Positions 1 to 10,025 of a stretch of 64,000 nucleotides of DNA are shown one piece after another. Below the pieces are notes generated by a model. It was not told where the DNA came from. It was given only the letters and a program-made list of their open reading frames with translations, and made no database searches. How positions within the stretch are numbered: the stretch's first letter is position 1; each line of letters opens with the position of its first letter. Source of the stretch: Narcine bancroftii (taxonomy: Eukaryota); the NCBI RefSeq assembly GCF_036971445.1, contig NC_091473.1, positions 205,902,001-205,966,000 on the forward strand. Reading direction: 5' to 3'. The position numbers were made by a program, and so were the translations under genes.

Positions 1-3000
1 TGTAAATTCACTGAAGTTTGAGATGCCTTCAGGCCATTGCTGGTGAACATGTTGCCCATATTGCTGTGTTAATTTAGAAATAACCTGCTCTTGTAGAGGT
101 TGAGCCGCAGGTTTACATTCACAGCCTGGTCCAACACCTTTCTGCGGTTGGTGTCATGTTTTTCTTGTTGAATATGATGGATTAGGGGTACTTTTGGAAT
201 ACCTCACAAGTCGACCTGATGCGAACTAGCATTCTGAAGAAACTGTACCAACCAAAAGCAGTGCTGAACGTGGTCAGTATTGAACAGCGGTAGTCGAGCA
301 AGATGTGCCTGACGAGGTCTTCAACACCTTGGACCGAGAATACCATTGCGCTGGCCATCCGTGCAGCAGGTTCGTCCACGCCGTGAATGGAGCAATGTGT
401 TTTTTTTTACAGAGGTCTTGCGGATTTATGCATATTCTCATTCACTGTCTATCTTCTTTTGGTGGCTATCATGGAGGAGACTATTTGGTTGGTTCCTTGG
501 CTGAAGTTATGAAGCCAAAGTCCTGCATTCTGTCCATCTCAGCCTTTAATTTATTTTTCATTTCTACTTGAATGCGGTGCACCAGACGGACTACAGTTCT
601 TACCTCTTGTTTCCAGCCGCATGGAGTACATCACTGGCAGCCTGCAGAGCTCGTGAGTACAGTGAACGTTTCAAAACGTTTCTGTGAGATGTCATACTTG
701 GAGGGGATCATCTGATGGACCTATGTGCTAAATGAAACAAACCCCATGTCGTAGTATACACTGAGTCCTAGCAGAGTCATGACGTCCTCGAGGACCATGA
801 AGGAGGTTAGCATGTGGATCTGTCCTTGTAACAAACATCCCAGACACATTGTGCAGCTGGTCTGGATTCTGCTGACTCCATAAGCAATAGGCTGATAGAC
901 GATGCATGGTTTGACTTGTTTCGTCTATCTCAGCCTGTTAAACGCCCTCAGTGACATGAAATTGCATTTTCCCCAGTGTCGACTTTCATCTCAGCTGACG
1001 TGCCTTTGACTTCCATGGATCCGACGATCTCTGCTGGGTTGCCTGCCATCCTTGTGGTAAGCCCATCAACGTCGTACTCATCGTCAGTTTTGCTCTCTCT
1101 CTGCTCTGCTTTCTAGTGGTCGATGGTCCCTCCGGGTCTAGTCCATGCAGTGGTTTGCTTCCTGGATCTGCAGCACCAGTTGATGTGGTTTCATTTGTCG
1201 CAGTTCCTGCAATACTGCCCGAACGCCGGACAGATCTCCCTTTTTAAAATGTGATCTCATCTGAAGTTTGCACTTCTTGTCTTGAACGTAGGGTGGCCGG
1301 GCTGGATTGGCTGGCTCTTCCTTCTGACCTGATTCCACTGTCTCCTCGCCGGTTCTGTCTGTATCGTATCAATGCTTATGGCCTGGTGGAGGGATAAAAT
1401 GGGACCACTTGGAGATCACGAGGTAGGCTCCGTGAAATCCAGAGGCGATGGGAGGAAATGTAAACTATTTTTTTTTAGTAGTCACCATGGAAAAAATATT
1501 GAACGAGATGTAGTGAAGAAATATGGTAGGGAGGTCATGGATAATGTTAGAATCAATGAGGAGGTAGTGTCAGCTATAGGGAAAAGAGATAAAGGTGCAT
1601 AAATCTCCAGGTCCTGACAAAATATTCCACAGGAACCTGAGGGATACTAGTGAACAAATAGTGGGCGCGTTGACCGAAATATTTAAAATATCACTGGCTA
1701 TGGAGGAAGTGCCGGAGGATTGGAAAGTGGCTCATATTGTTCCACTGTTCAAAAAGGATCCAAAAGTAAACCTGGTAATTATAGGTCTATACGTCGGACG
1801 TCAGCAGTGGGTAAATTAATAGAAATTGATCTTAGAGATGGTACATATAACTACTTGTAAAGACAGGGATTGATTCGCTGTAGTCAGCATGGTTATATTC
1901 ATGGTACATCATATCTAACAAATCTTACAGAATTTTTAGAAGAGGTTACTAAAAAGGTTGATGAGGGGAAGGCATTGGATGTTGTCTTTTTGGACTATAA
2001 TAGGTTTTTGAAAAGGTTCCCCATACGAGATTAATAAAGAAGGTTCAAACATTAGATATTAATGATGAAATAGTAAGATGGATTCAACAACGTTAGGATG
2101 GGAGGTGCCAGCGTGTAGTGGTGGGAAATTGTTGTTGAATTGGAGACCGGGGACGAGTGGAGTGCCTCAGGGGACGAGTGGAGTCCACAGATGCTTGTCA
2201 TATATATTAACGATCGTGATGATAGGGTGGAAAATTGGCTTTGTAAATTTGCAGATGATATATAGGTTAGTGATATTTCGGACATCGAGAAAGATTATCA
2301 AAGATTACAAGAGGACATAGGACTGTTAGAAAAGTGGGTTGAAAAATAGCAGATGGAAGTTAACACTGATAAATGTGATGTGATATAGTTTAGTCGGACT
2401 AATCAGAATAGGATATACACGTTAAATGATAGACAATTGAGAAGTGCAGTGGAGTAAAACGAGTTGGGAGTCATGGTATATAATTCCCTGAAAGTGATAT
2501 CACATATAGATAGGCTGGTGAAGAAGGCATTTATTATGTTGGCTTTCAAAAATCAGAGTATTGAATACAGAAGTTGGGATGTTATGTTGAAATGTGTCAA
2601 GCATTGGTGAGGCTAAATTTGGAATAGTGAGTGCAGGTTTGGTCGCCGAATCATAGGAAGAATATGAACAGTATAAAGAGTGCAGAGGAGGATTTCGAGA
2701 ATGTTTCCAGGGTTTCATGGGTGAAGTTACAGGGAAAGTTTGAGCAGGCTGAGACTTTATTCCCTGGAGCATAGAAGATTGAGGGGTGATTTAATAGAAA
2801 TGTTCAAAATTATATGGGGGTAAGAAGGATTCAATGTGGAGAGGCTTTTTCGATTGTGTGTGGGAAAGATTCAAACAAGAGTGCATGGATCGAGAGTAGA
2901 AGTGTATAAATTTGGGGATACATGAGGTGGAATCTCTTCAGGCAGAGCATGGTAGGGTATGGAATGAACTTCCAGCAGAGGTGGTAGAAGCGAGATCGTT

Positions 3001-4010
3001 GTTTATATTTAAGGATAAGTTGGATAACTATATGGACAGAAGAGGTGTGGAGGGTTGTGGACCGAATGTCGGTTAGTGGAACCAGATAGGAAAAGATGTT
3101 CGGCACGGACGGGTAGGGGCGACGTTGCCTGTTTCTGTGCTGTAAATGGTTATATGGTCAAATGATAGTACAGCCTTGTACTGTTTTCCTCGGTAGTTTT
3201 GTACAGATACATGCTGTATTGGCTTTTTCTAGTGTCAGCTCACGGCGTTGCGGGAGCACCTTCTGCTTACTATCGTCGCAAATGCAAGAGACCATTTTGC
3301 CTTTAGTTACTCACAGAGCGTGCCGAACTCGCAGGGTTTCGCCCTGATTTTTAAATCGCCGATGTCTGAGTGTATCGACGTGCGAGGCTTTTGATATCTC
3401 ATGTTGAATTTGTGCCATTCCATTGTCATATATTTTGATGGTTGGAGATTTATGTAATTTATGCTTTAAACACTCGGAAACTCACCCTGCAGGCGAAAGT
3501 TTCAATCACGTATTTGACTCACATATACAAATGACCTTTCCTTTTCAATGGCCTCCGTGCCCGCACAATTTAACACAATTTACGCTGTGGTGCTGACAGG
3601 CTTGTCCCTGTGTGCTTCCAATATAAATATGTCATATTCCTGTTCACAAACTGTGCCAGTTGTTTGCCACTGTTCAATTAAACACGACTGCCTGAGGACG
3701 TCTTAATCCGTTCGCCATTATGGCGACTGTGCATTACGTGGTTATTCCCTGCGGCTATGATTGGAAGTCTTCAGACTTGGGACGCCTTTGTTCCCAATAT
3801 GTTCGTTATTGCTTGATTAAAAACGAGTCCAGTCGGCTTGTGAGTCAAACCAGACATAAGACTTTACTGAACACAACCAAATATGCTAGACATGCCAATA
3901 CGCAATTCAACTCACGCACCCTCTCCTATGCGCAGTGTGCTGTTGCGAATACCGTGGGTGCAATTCGATTTCATTGGGTGCAGAGCTACAGATAGCAGTG
4001 GATGTCTCCA
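1..4010 (-). mobile_element. Degenerate Ty3/Gypsy LTR retrotransposon, 5' part (RT fragment, gag, 5' LTR ~3800-4010); runs off the window start; contains a nested CR1
   Basis: Minus-strand RT-like peptide LLDYRCSILTTFSTAFGWYSFFRM...CEVFQ (182-379). Colinear with the complete element at 37161-43461. LTR-like block tgttcgttattgc...gatgtctcca. Confidence 0.85.
1380..3163 (+). mobile_element. 5'-truncated CR1 LINE nested in the Gypsy element
   Basis: CR1 ORF2 motifs KSPGPDKIF, VPEDWKVAHIVPLFKK, TSGVPQG. 3' tail tgtgctgtaaatggttatatggtcaaatg. Many stops. Confidence 0.9.
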
Positions 4011-4230
4011 GCGACGATTCTATTTCTCAGTCTCCATCTGAGGTGTGCCTGCCTTCTGTTACTTCCAGCACCCTGGACATGCGTCGAGATATATACAAAA
4101 ATAATAAGCACTGGGGTGAAGAGCAGTGTTTGAATTTCCGAGACAGGTTATCTCCTGCTTATCAGAAAATCAATTGGCCGTTTCCTTTAACTATCTCCGA
4201 CGACCTTGTCTCTGTGGAATGTTGCCCTCT
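4011..4230 (+). pseudogene. TCR V pseudogene, 3' part of a family-A V exon cut off by the Gypsy insertion; internal deletion; Cys104 and RSS lost
   Basis: DDSISQSPSEV then FRDRLSPAYQKINWPFPLTIS, matching the intact V at 7705 (DESISQSPFE...FRDRFSVTYQKTSRMVPLTIS). Confidence 0.8.
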
Positions 4231-5289
4231 TGATTAGGAAATGTTTATGGTTTTGGGTCAGGAACCTGCATCAATTATCAGAAAATGGAAGGGGTAGTGT
4301 TGCCATAAAGACGCAAATGGATTTAGTGGGACAGGGTGTTATGTTTCTTGGATATACCATGGGTCGTTACTATGCAGATCGCAGCACTCATCGAATGTGC
4401 TTCACACCTTATTTCAACACGATTTTCCCAAAGCACCTTGCGTACTCCACAACGTCAACTTTTACTTCACCAAACTACCGCCATGCAGAGTTTTATGCAG
4501 TTTTCTCTGGGGACATTGCTGTAGAATAATTGTTGAGCAGCATGTTTATACAAGCGCCTTACATATTGCTTCCAATCCAAGGCTCGAGATAATTATTTCC
4601 GTCAGAACTTGCGGCCAAGTAACCCAATATAAATATGTCTGATATTTAAAGAAAAACATCGCCTTGACACCCTGTTGCCCCGAATAGTGTAGAAATTTAC
4701 AATCAGAGATACAGGTCGTTGTTATTAAACCAGGATGATTCGAGGGATTTTATGCTCTCTGCCCCTTGACCACGGTAGAGGGAGCGGGAGCTATTAGCAG
4801 GTTGGGTCAATGCAGAGCATTTCAGACCATTGCATGCATCGAACATTTATTTTAGAACTTCGGAAAAAGAAGGGACTGAAATCAATACATTAACAGGGCT
4901 CCGGTATGAAACGTTGTTTTTTTTAGGATCGTGTGAGTTGGAGCATGATGGTTCGTTTGAGAAATGGTGGGATCGTAAAAGAAACAATGAGATATCAAGG
5001 GAAAAGAGAGGGTGAGATCTTGCGTGGGAGAGACAGAGCCATAGAGACAGATGAACAGAAGGAGCCGAGAAATTAGTCATCGGACATAAACGAAGAAAAC
5101 ATATAGGCAAAAGAGCATGGAAACATTCCATACCTCTTAACTTAACCATGCCAATCAAAGTGTCCCACCCACACAAAACCAATTTGTAATCGTATGTACA
5201 ATCAACTCATTCGGCATCCTGTTCTACACATCCACCACACTCTACTACACTTTCCTACCATTCACTAACCTGTTAAATTCCACAACCTT

Positions 5290-5950
5290 AAACCTGAGGG
5301 TGTGGTTCCCAATTTCCTTACTCTGAGGAAAAGACTGCATTTCCCCTGACGTATTCCTCTCCTGATTACGTGTACAACTGAAAAACATCGCCGACTGTCC
5401 TGGGTCCAATTAATAAAGACATAGCCTCCTCAACCTCTCCAAATAGCTCAGGAATCCGAGTCCTGGAAACATCCTGAGAAAATATTCTTTTCAACTTCTC
5501 CGTATTGTCAACTTCTTTTCGATTACACGGTGACAAAACCAGAGATCAACAATCCAAACAGGACCGCATTAACAACTCATAAAGCTGCAAAATTAACTTC
5601 CAACATCTCTACTCATTACTGGAACCGACGCAGGCAAATCGACGGAGAGCCTTGTGACGACCATATCTAACAGTGTAGTGATACTCTTTATCATTATACC
5701 TCTGTCCGACCATATTTATTGGATTCCTGCCATTCATTCGATAGGTCATTACTACACTTAATCTCCGACACACAACAGCTCATTTTTCTGAAATAAATTC
5801 CAACAACTATCAACTTCCCACCAGTCCGATATTTGAATCTTTCAAACTTCTTCACAATCTAAAATGCCACACACCACGGTTTCATGCGAAAATTCGATAC
5901 TCTTGCCATGAACATTTAAATCAAATCATTGGGAGATGTCAAATTGGAAT
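5290..5950 (-). mobile_element. Old CR1 LINE 3' remnant (part of the repeated V cassette)
   Basis: Reverse complement resembles the CR1 ORF2 3' region. The paralog at ~44720-45400 translates as RFKIIFIRMFPGLGCLSYMERLR. Confidence 0.65.
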
Positions 5951-6159
5951 ATTCCCAGTACGAAAGGCAACATACGAATTACATCCCCTGTGAGAGATTC
6001 CAAACTGTTATATCTAACAGCCAATTTCATACTGGAGGAACACCACTTGGCAAAAATAATATAAGCTCTTTCTGTATTTTCTCGGACGTATTTTATGTGA
6101 CAGGACATAGAACAAATATTAGAGTCTATCCGGTTTGTGTCTGGAGTTAAACTTTGTTA

Positions 6160-6603
6160 GTAGCCTGTTGTCTCAATTTTAACTAGGGAGTTTATTCTTA
6201 AACGGCTCATGTTGAAACCGTGATTTTGCTTTACTGCCAGCTGCTGAAGATTGCACACTCTGATACCGGACCATATGGCTATGATTAAACGTCTCAGAAT
6301 CGTCTGAGCTGACGCCAGAAGTGGAAGGATCTGTAACAATTACTTTGAAGTACACGACAGCACTTAGTCACGACTCTGTCATTTGGTACACCTGGTGATC
6401 CGAAGAATATATGAAGTACCTAGCGAAAATAATCAAAACTGGATCAGCCAAGCGATTTATCGATTCTCCAGAGAGGTTTTTTTGCTGTTTATCATCAGCA
6501 AATTTGGCTTTCTACTTCTTCTATCTTGACTTTGAGTCCGAGTGTTTCCATGTGCCATGAGATCCACACCGTGGCGGAGTATCAGCAGACACTTATAAAG
6601 ACC
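6160..6603 (+). pseudogene. TCR V pseudogene (family B) with degenerate 23-RSS
   Basis: Remnants EGSVTITLKYTT..DSVIWY..KYLAKI..SPERFFAVYHQ..tgtgccatg (CAM), with stops and frameshifts. RSS cacaccg (6565-6571) + 23 + ataaagacc (6595-6603). Confidence 0.75.
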
Positions 6604-7170
6604 AATACCATGTATTTCCAGAGATCTCTCACAAAAGGGCAAACTAATCCGATAAACGGAAGTGAGCAAATGCAGACAATTTTCTTAGTTATCAGCAAAT
6701 GCATTTCAAATCATATTTGTTTCAAAGAGATGAGTCTCAATCGTTTAAATTTTCCCCTTAGGTAATACTTCCACCCCATTTGACCACTCACCCACTTCCA
6801 TACCTAGCACGAAACAATCAACACATTTTATCCGGCGTTTGAACCTGGATGAGCATCATACTGAATATTTCTGCATGTCCATTTTGTTTTGCGATCAGAA
6901 GGTATATCCCTGATTCTTCTAATCCTGTCGTATTTTTGATAATAACAATGGAATAGATAGTGTGAGGTACAACATACTTTATGCCTGTTGTGAATTGCTG
7001 ACGAAGTGTGATGCAGCGATTANNNNNNNNNNNNNNNNNNNNNNNNNNNNNNNNNNNNNNNNNNNNNNNNNNNNNNNNNNNNNNNNNNNNNNNNNNNNNN
7101 NNNNNNNNNNNNNNNNNNNNNNNNNNNNNNNNNNNNNNNNNNNNNNNNNNNNNNNNNNNNNNNNNNNNNN

Positions 7171-7255
7171 CAGTGAAAGAGAGGCAGTGAGAGGGAAAGT
7201 TATAGATAGAAAATGTGTGAGAGAGAAAAAGAGAGATAGAGAGTGTGTGAGAGAG

Positions 7256-7331
<76 letters not shown>
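7171..7331. repeat. (GA)n microsatellite next to an assembly gap, upstream of a V promoter
   Basis: Direct dinucleotide repeat. Confidence 0.95.
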
Positions 7332-7333
<2 letters not shown>

Positions 7334-7440
7334 TGAGTGCACGCCAGTGAGTGGAAAATGTGTGAACATGGATTGGGTGCTGTGAAACGCATAACGGACA
7401 TTCAGAAATTTCTTCTGTTTTAAGTGGCTAGCGAATTGGG

Positions 7441-7470
7441 GACCGCAGAACCGCCCATATTCTCGTGTTA
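7441..7470 (+). promoter_or_regulatory. Candidate family-A V promoter motif (GAACCGCCCATATTCTC) with an adjacent RUNX-type site (GACCGCA)
   Basis: About 110-130 bp upstream of the ATG. Recurs at ~13925, ~22091, ~32567, ~36893 and ~46851. Confidence 0.5.
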
Positions 7471-7573
7471 AACAATAACCCGCGACTGATCCGTGTAGCC
7501 TAAGATATCAAATGCGCGGCATTTAAGCATGAAATTTCTATGCTCTTTCCCGTTTGTTTTGGAAGCCCTCACT

Positions 7574-7619
7574 ATGTTGCCTCTATGGTTCACGCTGATT
7601 ATAACGTCCTTGTTTCCTG
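7574..7619 (+). CDS. TRAV: TCR alpha/delta V gene 1, leader exon (MLPLWFTLIITSLFP-G)
   Basis: ATG, hydrophobic signal peptide, 46 nt, phase-1 donor G|GTAAGT. 85-nt intron 7620-7704 ends in ttgcag. Confidence 0.88.
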
Positions 7620-7704
7620 GTAAGTCCCTGTTGAAATGAATCTGTTGCGTCCTGTGACTGTGGTTCATTTTCGAGCTTATCAAAGTCTCCATGTTGTGTT
7701 GCAG

Positions 7705-8011
7705 GGGCCTTTGGCGACGAATCTATCTCCCAGTCTCCATTTGAGCTATGGATGAAAGAAGGTCGAAGAGTAACGCTTAACTGCAGCTACCCCTCAGAGT
7801 TGAATGGCTATAATGCCTTTTGGTACATCCAGTATCCTGGACATGCGCCGACATATGTACTAAAAATATTAAGCACTGGGTTGGAACACAAGGCTCCAGA
7901 ATTCCGCGATCGGTTTTCTGTTACTTATCAGAAAACAAGCCGAATGGTTCCTTTAACTATCTCCAGCGTCGTTTTCTCCGACTCGGCCGTGTATCTCTGC
8001 GCGATGTCACG
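7705..8011 (+). CDS. TRAV: TCR alpha/delta V gene 1, V exon, apparently functional (family A)
   Basis: Open frame AFGDESISQSPFELWMKEGRRVTLNC...AFWYIQYPGHAPTYVLK...DRFS...PLTISSVVFSDSAVYLCAMS. Cys23, Trp41 and Cys104 present. Followed by an RSS. Alpha vs delta usage cannot be resolved. Confidence 0.92.
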
Positions 8012-8050
8012 CACAATGCAGCATAAAGGCAGAAAATCCGTTCAATAACA
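8012..8050 (+). other. 23-spacer recombination signal sequence
   Basis: cacaatg (8012-8018) + 23 nt + tcaataaca (8042-8050). Confidence 0.88.
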
Positions 8051-8074
8051 CTCCCTTGTCGAGATGGTGAACTG

Positions 8075-8089
8075 TCAGAAGGTGGCGCC
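8075..8089 (+). promoter_or_regulatory. Candidate CTCF-binding element 24 bp downstream of the RSS
   Basis: TCAGAAGGTGGCGCC matches CCASYAGRKGGCRSY at 13/15 positions. Confidence 0.55.
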
Positions 8090-8924
8090 ATTACCTCCGC
8101 GAACAAGCAGACGTGGATGCTGTCACATGAGATTCTCTTGCACAAACAAAAGCGAAATAACCACCTCGCAGAATTCAATGGGCCAGGTTGCTTCTATGAG
8201 GTTGATATTACACAAGAATGCACGGAATACAGGAAGCACAAGAGCCGTACAGACCCTGAAATAAGAGAGAAATGCTGGAATTCTCAAGCGATATATACTG
8301 TGAGGGGAAGGCAGAGTCAGTGAATGAGTGCATGAGAGAGAAAGAGAGGGCGAAAGCGAGATAAAAACAGATGAATATTTCGAGAAGGAGAGGGGCAGGT
8401 ATTGTTGCAGAATTTCTGATGAACAATTTTGTTAACATCGAGAGAAAGTTGGGACATAAGGTTTCCTTCGAGAAATATCTGCTAAGGGCAGAGAAAATCA
8501 GCTATCAAGAGCAACAAAAAGGTGGGAAGTTGCGAGGGCGAGAAAGAGACATGGAGGAAGATGGACCGACAGGGGTGGAAAAAACAGTCAAAGCACATAA
8601 AGAAATAAAACATACAGGGACATAGGGCATGGAAACTATCCATACCTCTCAAATTATTCATGCCATTCGAACTGTCCCACTCACACAAATACCACCTTCC
8701 AGTTTTTGGCGGAGGTCGTTCTCATCCCAACCTTTTATCCTTCTATTGTTCTGCAATATTGATTTCGGAATACAACAACCACCACCTCAGAAACCTGTTC
8801 TGGACACCTTCCACACTTCCTCAATAACCCGTCACATCTCTCTTCCCTTACTTTAAACATCTGCTTACGAATTGGAACATCGAATAAATGTCTGTGTCTA
8901 CCCAGGATGGCTCGGCGGTAAAGG

Positions 8925-10025
8925 CCATAATGATCCTATTATCGTAAAGAACATTCAATTTTCCCCGCTGAGTTTTTCCTTTAATTACTCCTGCAGAAAC
9001 CGTAGTTTTGTTTCACTTCCAGCTACTACAAATTTTGCGATTTGTTGCACGATGTTCCAGAATTGTTTGAGCTGATGTGAGAAGAATAACGAGCTGTAAC
9101 ACTGAACGGCAGTTACTCGGAGGCGGTCAATGATGACTCTGTCATTTGCTACATCCTATAATTCAAAGGGGTCTTTCATGGCTTGGTTCAGCATCATGCT
9201 GAAGAAGATTGAAAAGAGGGTTGGTGCGAGAACACAGCCTTGCTTCACGCCATTGTTAATGGAGAAGGGTTCAGAGAGCTCATTGTTGTATCTGACCCGA
9301 CCTTGTTGGTTTTCGTGCAGTTGGATAATCATGTTGAGGAACTTTGGGGGACATCCGATGCGCTCTAGTATTTGCCAAAGCCCTTTCCTGCTCCGAATCA
9401 TGGGTCCTCTACCGGCACCACCTACGGCTCCTAGAACGCTTCCACCAGCGTTGTCTCCGCTCCATCCTCAACATGCATTGGAGCGCTTTCATCCCTAACG
9501 TCGAAGTACTCGAGATGGCAGAGGTCGACAGCATCGAGTCCACGCTGCTGAAGATCCAGCTGCGCTGGATGGGTCACGTCTCCAGAATGGAGGACCATCG
9601 CCTTCCCAAGATCGTGTTATATGGCGAGCTCTCCACTGGCCACCGTGACAGAGGTGCACCAAAGAAAAGGTACAAGGACTGCCTAAAGAAATCTCTTGGT
9701 GCCTGCCACATTGACCACCGCCAGTGGGCTGATAACGCCTCAAACCGTGCATCTTGGCGCCTCACAGTTTGGCGGGCAGCAACCTCCTTTGAAGAAGACC
9801 GCAGAGCCCACCTCACTGACAAAAGGCAAAGGAGGAAAAACCCAACACCCAGCCCCAACCAACCAATTTTCCCTTGCAACCGCTGCAATCGTGTCTGCCT
9901 GTCCCGCATCGGACTTTTCAGCCACAAACGAGCCTGCAGCTGACGTGGACTTTTTACCCCCTCCATAAATCTTCGTCCGCGAAGCCAAGCCAAAGAAATT
10001 CAAAGGATAGTTGAAATATTTGAAA
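8925..10025 (+). pseudogene. TCR V pseudogene (family B) interrupted by an RTE and truncated 3' by CR1
   Basis: AVTLNGSYSEAVNDDSVICYIL*FK at ~9092-9168. The homology resumes after the RTE (atagttgaaatatttg). The intron matches that of the V at ~62420. Confidence 0.7.
9170..9996 (+). mobile_element. RTE-clade LINE, 5'-truncated with a 5' inversion; 10-bp TSD aattcaaagg
   Basis: 9170-9393 is the reverse complement of ~59677-59900. 9390-9996 matches ~60398-61003 directly. TSD at 9160-9169 and 9997-10006. gccaagccaaagaa tail. Confidence 0.92.

Noticed and set aside
4206-4529. 107-aa ORF open in both duplicates (also 43656-43979)
   Set aside because: It has a non-ATG start, no recognisable domain, and spans a V-deletion junction. 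The older paralogous region at 33.3-33.6 kb shows no equivalent ORF.
4770-4790. Additional CTCF-like sites (also ~33800 and ~44220)
   Set aside because: Weaker matches that are not conserved between paralogs and not RSS-linked.
6565-6603. Apparent 21-bp-spacer RSS in family-B V genes (using caccgtg/cactgtg as the heptamer)
   Set aside because: Aligning to V gene 3 places the heptamer 2 nt earlier (cacaccg/cacactg), which gives a normal 23-bp spacer in all three copies.
6818-7401. ORFs spanning N gaps and microsatellites (also ~21.6, 26.0, 46.2 and 51.5 kb)
   Set aside because: Artefacts of N runs and dinucleotide repeats.
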